Shown here: positions 19,294 to 28,495 of the stretch, one piece after another
Numbering within the stretch: position 1 is the first letter of the stretch
Layout: every line of letters begins with the position of its first letter
Assembly: GCA_963708515.1 (NCBI GenBank)
Contig: CAVPSX010000012.1
Span: 409,185-473,184, forward strand
Origin: an uncultured delta proteobacterium
GTDB lineage: Bacteria > Desulfobacterota > Syntrophia > Syntrophales > Fen-1087
Direction: 5' to 3'
Length of the DNA: 64,000 nucleotides
Translations under genes and position numbers: made by a program
The notes under the pieces: model-generated
Seen by the model: the letters and a program-made list of their open reading frames with translations, nothing else
The model's database searches: none
What the model was told of the DNA's origin: nothing

Positions 19294-20469
19294 CTATATG
19301 ATGCCGCGGGCGGCCAGATCGTCAATGGCGGCCTCGGCATAGCCCATCTCGCGCAGGACCTCGCGCGTGTGTTCTCCGAAAGACGGAGGATGCGTCCGCC
19401 AGCCGGGTTGATCATTAGAGAATTTGAGCGGAAAGCCCTGCTGGCCGATTTCGCCGTCCACGGGGTGATGCGACCTGAACCAGGCCCCCCGCTGCCGGAT
19501 ATGGGGGTCCTGCAGGGCTTCTTCGAGGGTGTTGACCGGTGTGACGCAGGTCTCAAATTCCGCCAGCAGATCCATCCATTCCTGCCTCGCCTTTTGCCGC
19601 ATGATCTGCTTCACCTCGTCGATCAGCGTTTCCTGTTGCTGGCCCGTCGCGAACTGGTCGGGAATGAAATCCTCCCGCCCGATGGCGCGGCAGAAACCCT
19701 GCCAGAATTTCTCCTCCAGACATCCGAGCGCCAGGTATTTCCCGTCGCCCGTTTGATAGACATGATAAAAGGCATAGCCGCCGCCTACGAAAGTTTCGCC
19801 GCGTTTCGGCAGAATACCCGTCGTCAGATAGGTGGACATGACCAGCCCCAGAAAGGGGGTCAGGCCGTCCAGAAGCGCCGCATCGATATAGTCCCCGCGG
19901 CCTGTACGTTCGCGCCCGAGCAGTGCCGCCAGAATGCCGATCAGGGCGTTCAGGCCGCCGCCTGCGCCTGCGACCTGGACGCCGGGGCTCACGGGCGGAC
20001 CGTTCTTTTCACCCAGCAGGTCGAGGATCCCCGAAAGCCCGAGCAGGTTGATATCGTGAGAGGGACGGTCCCGGTAAGGTCCGTCCTGGCCGAAGCCGGT
20101 CAACGAACAGTGGATGAGCCGCGGATGTATCTCCTTCAACACGTCATAAGCCAGGCCGATGCGTTCCATACCTCCGGGACGAAAGGAATCGATCAAAACA
20201 TCGGCTTTTGGAAGCATCTCCAAAAAGATATCGCGGCCTGCCGGATCCTGCAGGTCCAGGGTCATGGCCCGCTTGTTGCGGTTGACGATATGGAAATAGC
20301 TGCCCAGTGTTTTCACCAGGGGGGGCATTTTGCGGAATCCATCTCCCCCCCGTGGATTTTCGAACTTCAGGACATCGGCGCCGAGGTCTGCCAGCATCTG
20401 GCTGCAGAGCGATCCCGGCAACAGCGATGACAGGTCGTACACCCGGAGGCCGTCTAAAGGCAAAGTCAT
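19294..20469 (-). CDS. family III CoA-transferase (CaiB/BaiF type)
   Basis: LDGLRVYDLSSLLPGSLCSQMLADLGADVLKFE N-terminus. ATG at 20469 has an AAAGGAG RBS. The 148-codon upstream extension in the ORF track overlaps the divergent gene and is rejected. Confidence 0.85.
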   Translation of the reverse strand: MTLPLDGLRVYDLSSLLPGSLCSQMLADLGADVLKFENPRGGDGFRKMPPLVKTLGSYFHIVNRNKRAMTLDLQDPAGRDIFLEMLPKADVLIDSFRPGGMERIGLAYDVLKEIHPRLIHCSLTGFGQDGPYRDRPSHDINLLGLSGILDLLGEKNGPPVSPGVQVAGAGGGLNALIGILAALLGRERTGRGDYIDAALLDGLTPFLGLVMSTYLTTGILPKRGETFVGGGYAFYHVYQTGDGKYLALGCLEEKFWQGFCRAIGREDFIPDQFATGQQQETLIDEVKQIMRQKARQEWMDLLAEFETCVTPVNTLEEALQDPHIRQRGAWFRSHHPVDGEIGQQGFPLKFSNDQPGWRTHPPSFGEHTREVLREMGYAEAAIDDLAARGII

Positions 20470-20572
20470 CGTTGGGTCTCCTTTCATGCCGCGCAACCTT
20501 GCCATTGTTCGCCGGTTGCTGCAAGCGGAAAAATAATAAAGTCGTTGCCGAATAAGAGATATTTGCATAACC

Positions 20573-20592
20573 GGTGAAAAATGGTTCGCAAG
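20573..20592 (+). repeat. family-1 element, left-end remnant
   Basis: GGTGAAAAATGGTTCGCAAG matches the left terminus of the full copies. Similarity is lost after this point. Confidence 0.5.
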
Positions 20593-20718
20593 AGGCATGG
20601 CGCGCAGCGTGATATGGACTTGAGGAGAGTTGTTTTGCGTGATATAGGGGGCATCGTTTCTGATAAGCCAAGCTTGACGACAAAAGATAGGCCTGGTTTT
20701 AGAAAAGGAGCTCGAACG

Positions 20719-21931
20719 ATGGCGAAAATCACGCTTAAGCCATGTCCGAAAGTTTATATTCTGGAAACCCATCGCTCCAGGGCACCGGCTGATACATTGC
20801 GTTTCATCGAAGGCATGAAAGCAACACTGGGAATGAAATCCTTCCGGGATGCGACGTCCATCGATCGCATCGGCCTTCCCGTCTTTACCTGTTATCGCAT
20901 CCGGCCGGATCAATCAAAGACCTGGCATACAGGCAAGGGATTCACGGCCGTTCAGGCGCAGGTCTCGCTGACCATGGAGGCCATTGAGCGGTACTGTTCA
21001 GAATTCAGAGATGAGTACCGCGGCCGCCTGGTGCTTGACAGTTATAAAAATCTGAAGAAAAAGGGCCTCGCCGTGCTTGACCCGCACACGCTGATCCTGC
21101 CCCAGTTCAGTCAATATACGCCCGCTGATGTCTTTCACTGGGTCGGCGGGTATGACCTGATCGGCAGGGAGGAGATCATGACGCCCGCCTGCGCTGTCTA
21201 TCACCCCTTCCATCTGGACGACAAACCGTTGATCAATACCCACACGGACGGGATCGCCTCCGGAAATACGATGGAGGAGGCCGTCTTTCACGCGCTCATG
21301 GAGGTCATCGAAAGGGACGCCTGGAGCATCGCCAAATTTTCCGGCGACGCCTGCGACGCCATTGCCATTGAAGATCGCCCGGAAAATCAGTTCTTGCTGG
21401 ACATTGTCGACAAATTCAACCGGGCCAATATTGAAATCGTAGCCAAGGATATTACCTCGGACATCGGAATCCCCGTCATTGCGGCTTTTTCCCAGGATCT
21501 GGAACAGGAAAGCATGATTCCCATCGACGGTTTCGGCGCGCACCTGGATCCCAAGGTGGCCATGGCCCGCGCCCTGACGGAAATCGGCAGCGACACGCGC
21601 CCTGTTCATTCAGAAGTACGGATTCGATGGGCTCCGGGAAGACCTTCCGGCCTATTACTTCATGGACAACATGGAGGAAGACTTCCGTTTCTGCGCCCAG
21701 GCGGAAAAAGCCCTTGCAGATATGGAAGTCGGTTATTATGACGATCTGCTGAAAGACCTCGAAAAGTCGGCCGGCATCCTGCAATCCCGCAGCTATGAAC
21801 GGCTGATTGTGGTCGATCTGACGCGGCCCGATGTCGGCCTTCCCACCGTGCGCGTCATCGTGCCGGGCATGGAGGCCTTCTGTTTTGATAAAACCAGAAA
21901 GGGACCACGGTTGTTTCGCAGCCGGGACTGA
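20719..21931 (+). pseudogene. YcaO-domain protein (archaeal/short type), interrupted by a +1 frameshift at ~21586
   Basis: DRIGLPVF, TGKGFTAVQAQVSLTMEAIERY and a C-terminal ...DVGLPTVRVIVPGME. The frame changes between ...RALTEI and AATRALFIQKYGFDG.... AAAGGAG RBS before ATG 20719. Confidence 0.8.
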
Positions 21932-21989
21932 CGATTTTAGGCAATTATCCGACTTTGTTTAGATGCCGTTAGGACTGAAGGGAACCATC

Positions 21990-22364
21990 ATGCTGCCGGA
22001 AAATGAAGTCAGACAACGGGCGGAATATTGCTATCTGGTGTTTCTGCAATTGAGCCGCCTGCGGGACAACATTTTAGTTACGCCTGACCGTTACCTGGAT
22101 TACCTGGGACGTTCAACCCTTCGGCTGGCCGAAGATGAGTTTATCCGGTCCATCGTCGAGGAAGAACTCAAAATGGGCGGTCATGACGGCGGCCTCGGGT
22201 ATCTGATCGCACTTTTTGAAGGATTCGCTCACGCCTATGGTGAAGTCTTGCAGATTCCGCTGGAAGAAATCAGGGACGGCATCGCACCCGACTTCAGGGA
22301 AAAGCTGGCCGCTGAAATGGATAAAAAATTAAGAAAATCAAAGACAAAGCATATTCGATCATGA
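21990..22364 (+). CDS. hypothetical protein (helical, basic C-terminus)
   Basis: ORF of about 124 aa directly downstream of YcaO. No recognisable motif. Confidence 0.5.
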   Translation: MLPENEVRQRAEYCYLVFLQLSRLRDNILVTPDRYLDYLGRSTLRLAEDEFIRSIVEEELKMGGHDGGLGYLIALFEGFAHAYGEVLQIPLEEIRDGIAPDFREKLAAEMDKKLRKSKTKHIRS

Positions 22365-22398
22365 GATTGAGAGAGCCTTGTATTTTTTTTATTTTTTC

Positions 22399-22427
22399 TT
22401 GACAGGGCGGGCGGGATTAACTATAGA
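22399..22427 (+). promoter_or_regulatory. sigma-70-type promoter TTGACA-N17-TATAGA with upstream T/A-rich tract
   Basis: Exact -35, a 17-nt spacer and a TATAGAAT -10 region. It is preceded by tattttttttattttttc (UP-like). Confidence 0.6.
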
Positions 22428-22514
22428 ATTATCCGGCTTATCGTAGCACGGCAACAGATTGTTTTTCGGAATTCAAAGCCTATATCCCGAACCAGCGACA
22501 AATGGTTTGATAGG

Positions 22515-22540
22515 GGGCGGCAATGTCCGCCCGTTTACTT
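22515..22540 (+). terminator. candidate short hairpin/attenuator ~85-100 nt downstream of the promoter
   Basis: GGGCGG-caatgt-CCGCCC followed by GTTTACTTTA. The U-tract is interrupted, so this is weak. Confidence 0.3.
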
Positions 22541-22869
22541 TAATCTGATCAATCTCACGAAAGCGGTCGTTACTGGCCCTGATTCAATTGCAGGCATGAT
22601 GCGACGGAATTCATTTCTCACGAAAACAGCGACCTCCGGACCGTCCTTTTTATCTCCCGGGCCCAATCGTTTTTTCATCGGACAAAAGCAAGCCGGTGGT
22701 ACCCCTGCCTGCAGAGAGAAGGCTTTGATCCTGTCATAGACCCATGAACAGTAACTTGATCATTCGCAAGGACACGATATTCAAATAAAGGAAAGGGGGT
22801 GACACATTCACAGCTCGGATTGTTTCCTTGTTACTTTAAGGGGTAATAAAATTATCAAAGGAGGGAATT

Positions 22870-23925
22870 ATGCCAAGAATTCGTTCAAAGGCTAAAAAAG
22901 CCGAAATCTTGACCCTGGAAGGTGCGGTCAAGAAATACATGCATGACGGGATCCAGGTTGCCTTCAGCGGGTTTACCGGGTTCAACAGGAACCCCTTCGC
23001 CTTTGCCTGGGAGACGGCGCGCCAGGGGATCAAGAACCTTCACGTCGTGGACCGTCACGGCAGCCAGTGCACGTGGCTGCTGAACGCCGTCAGCGCCATC
23101 AAGATCTATGAAACGGACTGGATGGGCTGGGGCGAAATGGCAGGCAAGATCGATATCAACCTGGAGAGGAATTACAAGGGCGGGAAAATGATCCTCGAGG
23201 ATTATTCCCATGGCGCCATGGCCATGCGGTTCCTGGCCGGCGCGATCGGCGCACCCTTCATTCCCTACAATGCACCGCTGGGATCGGATCTTTACAATCC
23301 CGAATACGACGCTCTGGGAAAGGCCGGCATGAGAGACGGCAAGAATCCCAGAATCCCCAAGAAAAAATTCATCCAGATCGAAGAGCCTTTCTGGGGCGAC
23401 GGCCAGACGGTGATGCTGCCCGCTGCGCGGCCTGAACTGGCCGTCATCCACGTCGCCCAGGCCGGTGACAAGGGAACCGCCAAATGGCGGGGCGTCGGCA
23501 CCATTGACAAGGAAATTTCCTTTGCCTGTGACAAAGTGGTCATCCTCGCCGAAGAAATCGTGCCCGAAGCAGAAATGAGGAAGTACCCCGAAAACAACCA
23601 GATCCCCTATTTCACCGTGGATGCCATCGTCGAATGTCCCTGGGGCGCCTTCCCGAGTTCCGTTCCCTATTACTATGACTACGATGCACCCTTCATGAGG
23701 GGCATGGACGCCGCTTCCCGTAACCCCGACGAGCTGAAGAAATGGCTTGACGAATGGGTCTTTGGTCCGAAGAGCTGGGAAGAATTTGTGATTAAACTCG
23801 GTGCCAAGAAACTCTTGGATCTGCGGGCGGACAGTGTCACCGGGTACAGCACCCGGATCATGAGAGGCAAGAAACCGGCGCCTAGGATGAAGATGCCCTT
23901 ATCCGTGGTAAGAAGCGGTTATTAA
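22870..23925 (+). CDS. family I CoA-transferase subunit A (glutaconate CoA-transferase GctA-like)
   Basis: LTLEGAVKKYMHDGIQVAFSGFTGF...ARQGIKNLHVV parallels the GctA N-terminus. AAAGGAGGG RBS. Confidence 0.8.
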   Translation: MPRIRSKAKKAEILTLEGAVKKYMHDGIQVAFSGFTGFNRNPFAFAWETARQGIKNLHVVDRHGSQCTWLLNAVSAIKIYETDWMGWGEMAGKIDINLERNYKGGKMILEDYSHGAMAMRFLAGAIGAPFIPYNAPLGSDLYNPEYDALGKAGMRDGKNPRIPKKKFIQIEEPFWGDGQTVMLPAARPELAVIHVAQAGDKGTAKWRGVGTIDKEISFACDKVVILAEEIVPEAEMRKYPENNQIPYFTVDAIVECPWGAFPSSVPYYYDYDAPFMRGMDAASRNPDELKKWLDEWVFGPKSWEEFVIKLGAKKLLDLRADSVTGYSTRIMRGKKPAPRMKMPLSVVRSGY

Positions 23926-23944
23926 TGAAAGGGGGGAAAAGAAT

Positions 23945-24850
23945 ATGGCTAAAACAATAGATGAATTGATAGAATTGATCGACAGGATTCCTCATGAACC
24001 GGCCAAGGTCGGTGAATTCATCCTGCCGGAGCTGATGGCCATTGCGATCGCCCATGAGGTCCGCAATGACGACATCGTCTTCGCCGGGACAGGCCTTCCC
24101 ATGGTGGGAATTATGACGGCGAATTTTACGAATGCGCCCAATGCGACGCTGATTTACGAATCCGGAATCTGCGACGGCAAGACCATGCACGTTCCCATGT
24201 CGGTCTGCGATCAGCGGGCCGCGAACATGAGCTCCACGCTGGGCGGCCTCGTGGACACCTTCGGGTATTACCTCCAGCAGGGATTTGTGACGCTGGGGTT
24301 CCTCGGCGGCGCGGCCATTGACAAATACGGCGGCGTCAACGTGACTTCGATCGGCGACTACTTCAAGCCGTCTCACCGCTTCACGGGATCCGGCGGAAAC
24401 TCCGACATCGGGACCATGGCACATCGGACGGCCTTTATCATTCTTCAGGAAAAAAGAAGATTCCTCGAAAGAAATGAATATACCACAACGCCGGGCTGGT
24501 GGTGCTGGGACTTCAAAGACGGCAAGAAGGAATGGAAGCCCAAAAAGGAAGTCTGGAAGGGCACGGCCTACGCCAACAGCGGGCCGGTCGGCGTCGTCAC
24601 CAATATGGGCGTCTACCGCTTCGACGAAAACGGGGTGATCTACCTGGAAACGCATCACCCGGGTGTAACCATCGAACAGGTCAAGGAGAACTGCGGCTTC
24701 GATCTGAACGTATCCAAGGTCAAGGGCGAAACGCCGCGGCCTACGTATCAGGAACTTTTCGTGCTGCGGGAATTCGTGGATCCGGAATTGATCTTCCTGC
24801 CCGCGAAGACGGACTATCCTGCGGCCATCCAGGCGATTATCGACAAATAA
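23945..24850 (+). CDS. family I CoA-transferase subunit B (GctB-like)
   Basis: Adjacent partner of subunit A, with LIYESG and SGGNSD motifs of the beta subunit type. Confidence 0.8.
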   Translation: MAKTIDELIELIDRIPHEPAKVGEFILPELMAIAIAHEVRNDDIVFAGTGLPMVGIMTANFTNAPNATLIYESGICDGKTMHVPMSVCDQRAANMSSTLGGLVDTFGYYLQQGFVTLGFLGGAAIDKYGGVNVTSIGDYFKPSHRFTGSGGNSDIGTMAHRTAFIILQEKRRFLERNEYTTTPGWWCWDFKDGKKEWKPKKEVWKGTAYANSGPVGVVTNMGVYRFDENGVIYLETHHPGVTIEQVKENCGFDLNVSKVKGETPRPTYQELFVLREFVDPELIFLPAKTDYPAAIQAIIDK

Positions 24851-24862
24851 CCATGCAACACA

Positions 24863-24898
24863 GCGAAAGAGAGGAATGCAACCGTTCCTCTCTTTCGC
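24863..24898 (+). terminator. 14-bp perfect hairpin between the CoA-transferase and acyl-CoA dehydrogenase genes
   Basis: GCGAAAGAGAGGAA-N8-TTCCTCTCTTTCGC followed by GATTTCTT. It could be a partial terminator or a processing/stability site. Confidence 0.45.
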
Positions 24899-25020
24899 GA
24901 TTTCTTGGCTGCTGATGCCCGGAGTGAATCCAGGGATTCACCCCGGACGTGAGCAGCTAAATGGCTTTGGGATCGTTTTTTTCCGGGGCCACGATTCTAT
25001 AAAAAAGAGGGAGAGAAGAC

Positions 25021-26178
25021 ATGAATTTAGACTTAACGGAAGACCAAAAAATGATTCAGGACACGGCAAGAAACTTTGCCAAAAGCGAACTCGAGCCCGT
25101 CGCCGCAAAAATGGATGAGCACGAAGACCGTCCCACCTTCCTGAAAAACCTCAAGAAACTGGCGGAGCTGGGTCTGATGGGCATCAATGTCAAGGGCGAG
25201 TACGGCGGTTCGGAAGCGGGCGTTGTCGCTTTCAGTATCGCCGTGACGGAAATCGCCCGCGCCTGCGCTTCTACGGCAGTTACCATGTCGGTGAACAACA
25301 TGGTCTGCGAAGTCATCCAGGCCATCGGTTCGGAAGAGCAGAAACTGGCCTATATTTCTAAGATATGTTCCGGCGAGTACTATGCCGGCGGCTTCGGATT
25401 AACGGAAACGACGGCCGGTTCCGACCCTGCGGGGATGCGCTGCACGGCGGTTCTGGACGGCAATGAATGGGTTTTGAACGGCAACAAAATGTTCATCACG
25501 AGCGCGGAATATGCGGGCGTGTTTGTCGTCTGGGCCGTGACGGACAAGGCCGCCAGGAAGGGCAAGGGCATCACGACGTTTCTGGTCGAGAACGGCCTCA
25601 AGGGATTTACCGTGGGCCGCGCAGAACACAAGATGGGACAGCACGCGTCGGTCACCAACGAGTTGATTTTTGAAGACTGCCGCATTCCTAAAAACGCGAT
25701 GATGGGCAAGCCCAACGACGGCTTCCGCATCGCCGCGGGCGAACTGGCCGGCGGACGTATCGGGATCGGATCGCTGGGCCTGGGCTGCGGCCTGGCGGCA
25801 ATGGATTACGCCACGAGATATGCCAAGGAAAGAAAGCAGTTTGACCAACCCCTTTCGAACTTCCAGGCCATCCAGTGGATGATCGCCGAATCCTACACCG
25901 AGCTGGAAGCCGCCCGGTTGCTGCTCATGAATGCTGCGTACAACAAGGAACAGGGCCGCTATTTTGCCAAGCAGGCCTCCATGGCTAAGTATTTTGCGAC
26001 GGAAGCCGCCGAGCACGCCTGCTACAACGCGATTCAAATACTGGGCGGCTACGGTTACACAAAGGAATTCCCGGTGGAGCGCTACGCCCGGGACGTGCGC
26101 ATCACCTCGATCTATGAGGGTACAAACCAGATTCAAAGGCTGATCATCGCCCGGGATATTCTGAGTGCCCTGGGATAA
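25021..26178 (+). CDS. acyl-CoA dehydrogenase (short/medium-chain type)
   Basis: 385 aa, N-terminus LTEDQKMIQDTARNFAKSELEPVA and C-terminal YEGTNQIQRLIIAR, which contains the catalytic Glu region. Confidence 0.9.
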   Translation: MNLDLTEDQKMIQDTARNFAKSELEPVAAKMDEHEDRPTFLKNLKKLAELGLMGINVKGEYGGSEAGVVAFSIAVTEIARACASTAVTMSVNNMVCEVIQAIGSEEQKLAYISKICSGEYYAGGFGLTETTAGSDPAGMRCTAVLDGNEWVLNGNKMFITSAEYAGVFVVWAVTDKAARKGKGITTFLVENGLKGFTVGRAEHKMGQHASVTNELIFEDCRIPKNAMMGKPNDGFRIAAGELAGGRIGIGSLGLGCGLAAMDYATRYAKERKQFDQPLSNFQAIQWMIAESYTELEAARLLLMNAAYNKEQGRYFAKQASMAKYFATEAAEHACYNAIQILGGYGYTKEFPVERYARDVRITSIYEGTNQIQRLIIARDILSALG

Positions 26179-26216
26179 CCTTTTCTTGCTTCTGCCTGCT
26201 CCGTTTCTCTAAAAAG

Positions 26217-26249
26217 CCCCTTCCTCCGTCCGGAGGCAAGGGGTTTTTT
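26217..26249 (+). terminator. rho-independent terminator
   Basis: CCCCTTCCTCCG-TC-CGGAGGCAAGGGG followed by TTTTTT, with an A-run upstream (bidirectional potential). Confidence 0.8.
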
Positions 26250-26306
26250 ATCGTATTGATGCAAACTGCTGCATGAACAGGAGCACGCCTTCCGGAACAC
26301 ATATCA

Positions 26307-26657
26307 TCACGGCATGGCGTAGCGGAAGCATCCCGTACTCTCATAAACCGGGGTAACGTCTCCCAGATGCGTGAAGGTTGTCATGGATGTCTTCGGTCGG
26401 TGGCTGACATCAGGTCTTTTTGGGCTGATTTTATACAGGTCATACCCGCCCGTGAAATAGTAATGGTCAATATCCGCCTTGCTGATATCCATCAAATGGC
26501 GCACATGATCCAGCCCTGCTTCCTTTTCTTCGAAAAATACGTCCAGATTGTCCCGCCACTGATCGGGCGCAATCTCCGGAATGGCGACAAAGCTTCTGTC
26601 GATGTCCTGCGTTTTTTTATTCGACTTCATCTTCCTGACAGGCTGCCTCATTTTCAT
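26307..26657 (-). CDS. hypothetical protein
   Basis: 116-aa ORF with an AAGGAGG RBS 6 nt upstream. No domain recognised. Confidence 0.5.
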   Translation of the reverse strand: MKMRQPVRKMKSNKKTQDIDRSFVAIPEIAPDQWRDNLDVFFEEKEAGLDHVRHLMDISKADIDHYYFTGGYDLYKISPKRPDVSHRPKTSMTTFTHLGDVTPVYESTGCFRYAMP

Positions 26658-27013
26658 GAAATTCCTCCTTTTCCATCATACTTTCAGAAATTATTCTTTT
26701 ACGATTGCGGCATTCTTTCTTCATGACGTCAGGCCTGCCTCAAATGTCCTATCCTGAAGATTCTGTCAGAAACTGAAACGGGCCCGCCGCCATGCCGCTT
26801 GCATGACAGTCGGAAGATGGCCGCCTTGTTGAAGTAATCCTTCATGAACAGTGCCACAGTCGGGAGAAAAAAGACGATTTATGCTATGTTTCTGTATTCG
26901 TTCAGATATTTTTATTCACTGGCAAGGATGGATGCAATGAGGAAGGGTGATTTACTAGGGAAATGGCTGCGTAATGGCCTTCACGATGCGTAAGCCATTA
27001 CACAGCTTAGAAG

Positions 27014-28387
27014 TCAGTCAGATTTGCGCAGCTTATACTTCATCATCTTCAACTGCAGACCCTTGCGGCTCAACCCCAACTGCTGGGCCGCGCGTGTCAC
27101 ATTATGGCCGCATTCCTCCAGTGTGGCAAGAATCATACTCTTTTCAATATCTTCCATATGTGTCTTGACAAAATCCTTGAAGGGTTTTTGTGCCGCGCCG
27201 GACGGGAGGGATAGACCTGACTCCACAGCTGTTTTCAATTCGGAAGGCAGGTCGGCAAACGCGATGGTTTCGCTGCGGGCCATCAGAACGACCCGCTCCA
27301 CGAGATTCTCAAGTTCACGGATATTGCCCGGCCATTCATACTGGATAAAAAGATTTCTGACCCGGTCATCCATGCCCTTCACCGCCCGGTCCAGCTTTTT
27401 GTTGAATTTTTCAATGAAATAATCCGTCAGCGCCGGGATATCTTCCCTGCGTTCCCTGAGCGGCGGTAAATGTGCGGGAATGACATTGAGGCGATAGAAA
27501 AGGTCTTCCCGAAAGCGGCCGTCCCGGACATCCTGGAGGAGATTCCGGTTCGTCGCCGTTACGAGGCGGACATCGACCTTGATCGTCTGCAGCCCGCCCA
27601 CGCGCTCGAACTGCTGCTCCTGAATCACGCGCAGCAGCTTGACCTGCATGTCCTTTGGGAGTTCGCCGACTTCGTCCAGAAACAGGGTCCCCTTTTGAGC
27701 CAGTTCGAATCGTCCCTGTTTTTTTGCGACGGCCCCTGTAAAGGCGCCCTTTTCATAGCCGAATAACTCGCTTTCCATGAGATTTTCCGGAATGGCTGCA
27801 CAATTGATCTTGATGAAAGGGTTGTTTCTGCGCGGGCTGTTGCGATGGATCGCGTGGGCGATGAGCTCCTTGCCGGTACCCGTCTCGCCTGTAATCAGAA
27901 CCGTGGTTGTGGTGGGGGCAACACGCTTGATGGTTTCGAAGATATCCGCCATGCGGGGGCCGGCGCCGATGATACCATAACGGTCAATGTCTTCAGGGTC
28001 GAGCAGCGCTTCGTCTTCATTGAGCCGGCGTGTCCTGATGGCCTTCTCGATGACATTTTTCAGATCTTCCTGTTCAAAGGGCTTTGAGATGTAATCAAAA
28101 GCTCCCTTTTTCAAGGCGTCCACGGCAGTTGCTACGGTTCCATGGGCCGTAATGATAATGACCGGTACAGATGGATACTCCCGGATCATACGGTCCAGAA
28201 GCCCCAGACCGTCCAGGTTCGGCATTTTCAGATCCGTCACGACGACGTCGACGGGACCGGTCTTCAGTATTTTCATCGCTTCCAGGCCGTCGGAGGCTGC
28301 CGCAACCTCATAGCCCTCCTTTTTCAGCATGGCCTGCAGGACGAGCCGCATATTCAGTTCGTCGTCAACGATCAGAATGATATTCAA
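27014..28387 (-). CDS. sigma-54-dependent response regulator (NtrC family)
   Basis: Receiver domain (ILIVDDE...VVVTDLKMP), AAA+ domain with GETGTGKE and the GAFTGA loop (EKGAFTGAV), and a C-terminal Fis-type HTH. Likely TTG start at 28387 after GGAGGGGAG. Confidence 0.9.
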   Translation of the reverse strand: MNIILIVDDELNMRLVLQAMLKKEGYEVAAASDGLEAMKILKTGPVDVVVTDLKMPNLDGLGLLDRMIREYPSVPVIIITAHGTVATAVDALKKGAFDYISKPFEQEDLKNVIEKAIRTRRLNEDEALLDPEDIDRYGIIGAGPRMADIFETIKRVAPTTTTVLITGETGTGKELIAHAIHRNSPRRNNPFIKINCAAIPENLMESELFGYEKGAFTGAVAKKQGRFELAQKGTLFLDEVGELPKDMQVKLLRVIQEQQFERVGGLQTIKVDVRLVTATNRNLLQDVRDGRFREDLFYRLNVIPAHLPPLRERREDIPALTDYFIEKFNKKLDRAVKGMDDRVRNLFIQYEWPGNIRELENLVERVVLMARSETIAFADLPSELKTAVESGLSLPSGAAQKPFKDFVKTHMEDIEKSMILATLEECGHNVTRAAQQLGLSRKGLQLKMMKYKLRKSD

Positions 28388-28495
28388 CGGGGTCTCCCCT
28401 CCCCTTCCTCTGCACGCAACCAAATCTTCAAAAATGGCTGGGCTTCATTTTGGCGTGAATCGTACCGGAAAAGTCCCTTTCCTGCAAGACCATCT

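Noticed and set aside
20470-20913. 148-codon N-terminal extension of the family III CoA-transferase ORF
   Set aside because: The conserved CoA-transferase N-terminus starts at the ATG at 20469, which has an AAAGGAG RBS. The extension overlaps the divergent YcaO gene and the intergenic repeat remnant.
22498-22556. Possible collapsed family-1 remnant (ACAAATGGTTTGATAGGGGGCGGCAATG ... CTGATCAATCTCA)
   Set aside because: The similarity to the element termini is patchy and could be chance. It needs a profile search before being called.
26841-26858. Possible sigma-54 promoter on the minus strand (TGGCAC-TGTTC-ATGAA), upstream of the 116-aa ORF and next to the NtrC-type regulator
   Set aside because: The -24 box is perfect, but the -12 element has GA where the near-invariant GC is required. 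This is not sufficient without a PWM score or experimental data.
26971-27001. Hairpin GTAATGGC-N15-GCCATTAC just downstream of the response-regulator stop
   Set aside because: It has an 8-bp stem but no U-tract on the relevant (minus) strand, so it is not a confident intrinsic terminator.
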